From positions 4,960,001 to 5,024,000 of the forward strand of contig OY986949.1 of NCBI GenBank assembly GCA_963920595.1: 64,000 bases of DNA, written 5' to 3'. Within the stretch, counting starts at the first letter, position 1; the number at the start of each line of letters is the position of its first letter. Shown piece after piece: positions 63,524 to 64,000 of this stretch. Origin of the DNA: Eimeria praecox. Taxonomy: Eukaryota. The notes under the pieces were generated by a model. It did no database searches and had not been told where the DNA came from. It saw only the letters and a program-made list of their open reading frames with translations. The position numbers were made by a program, and so were the translations under genes.

Positions 63524-64000
63524 ATGGGGTTGCCGCAGCCCCAAGATCGTCTAAGCCAGTCGGAGTTCACGGAGATACATGACGCTTTAGATATCACTGG
63601 TAGCGTCGCCCTCAACGTCCGGCAGCCAGTGGGTGCCCAAACAGCACCTCGTGCGGCCTCTGCTGCTGCTTCTGGCTCGGCAGATGCGGGGCACACAGCC
63701 CAGCCCGACGTACTTAAAACTACGGGGGAACAAAATCCTTCAACGTGTGCAGATGCAAATACTGAAGAAGAACCAAAGCCAACTGGCGAAGTTGGTCCAG
63801 AGACTCAAGAAACAAAGGGGCAGCCAACGGAGAGAAAAGAAGCAGACAAAGAAGGCGGCACGCAGCCTTCAACGCTAGCTGCTACTGCTGCACCTTGTGT
63901 TGCAGCTGTTCCTGCACCCGGTGCTGAAGTTGCGACTTTGCAACAAATATTGAGGACAAAGGACTGTAATTTGGCACTGGTTTCGGATGTAGATGAACAG
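63524..64000 (+). CDS. Partial hypothetical ORF running off the window end
   Basis: 159 open codons in non-repetitive DNA (MGLPQPQDRLSQSEFTEIHDALDITG...DCNLALVSDVDEQ). Absent from the ORF track, probably because it has no stop inside the window. A possible acceptor at 63492 means it may be an internal exon. Confidence 0.55.
   Translation, partial: MGLPQPQDRLSQSEFTEIHDALDITGSVALNVRQPVGAQTAPRAASAAASGSADAGHTAQPDVLKTTGEQNPSTCADANTEEEPKPTGEVGPETQETKGQPTERKEADKEGGTQPSTLAATAAPCVAAVPAPGAEVATLQQILRTKDCNLALVSDVDEQ

Overview
Eukaryotic genomic DNA with the hallmarks of Eimeria (coccidian apicomplexan): dense CAG/CTG triplet repeats, interstitial telomere-like AAACCCT heptamers and TGCATGCA octamers. 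It switches abruptly from a repeat-rich segment (~1-38.63 kb) to a repeat-poor segment (~38.7-64 kb). Most entries in the ORF track are microsatellite artefacts. Hand-spliced, phase-consistent GT-AG gene models support a PH-domain protein, a 7-exon heptatricopeptide-repeat (HPR)-like protein, a CHTOP/FoP-duplication RGG protein, a 5-exon YggS/PLPBP protein and a 15-exon LETM1/MDM38. Less fully resolved are a Q-rich hypothetical, a large minus-strand helical hypothetical, a secreted E/K-rich protein with rhoptry-type maturation motifs and a partial ORF at the right edge. A GGATCC-rich minisatellite and a decayed Ty3/gypsy chromovirus sit at the segment boundary. The best novel candidate is a 55-aa ORF hidden in CAG repeats that aligns without gaps to Tom5/TOMM5. 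All homology calls come from recalled motifs; no database searches were run.
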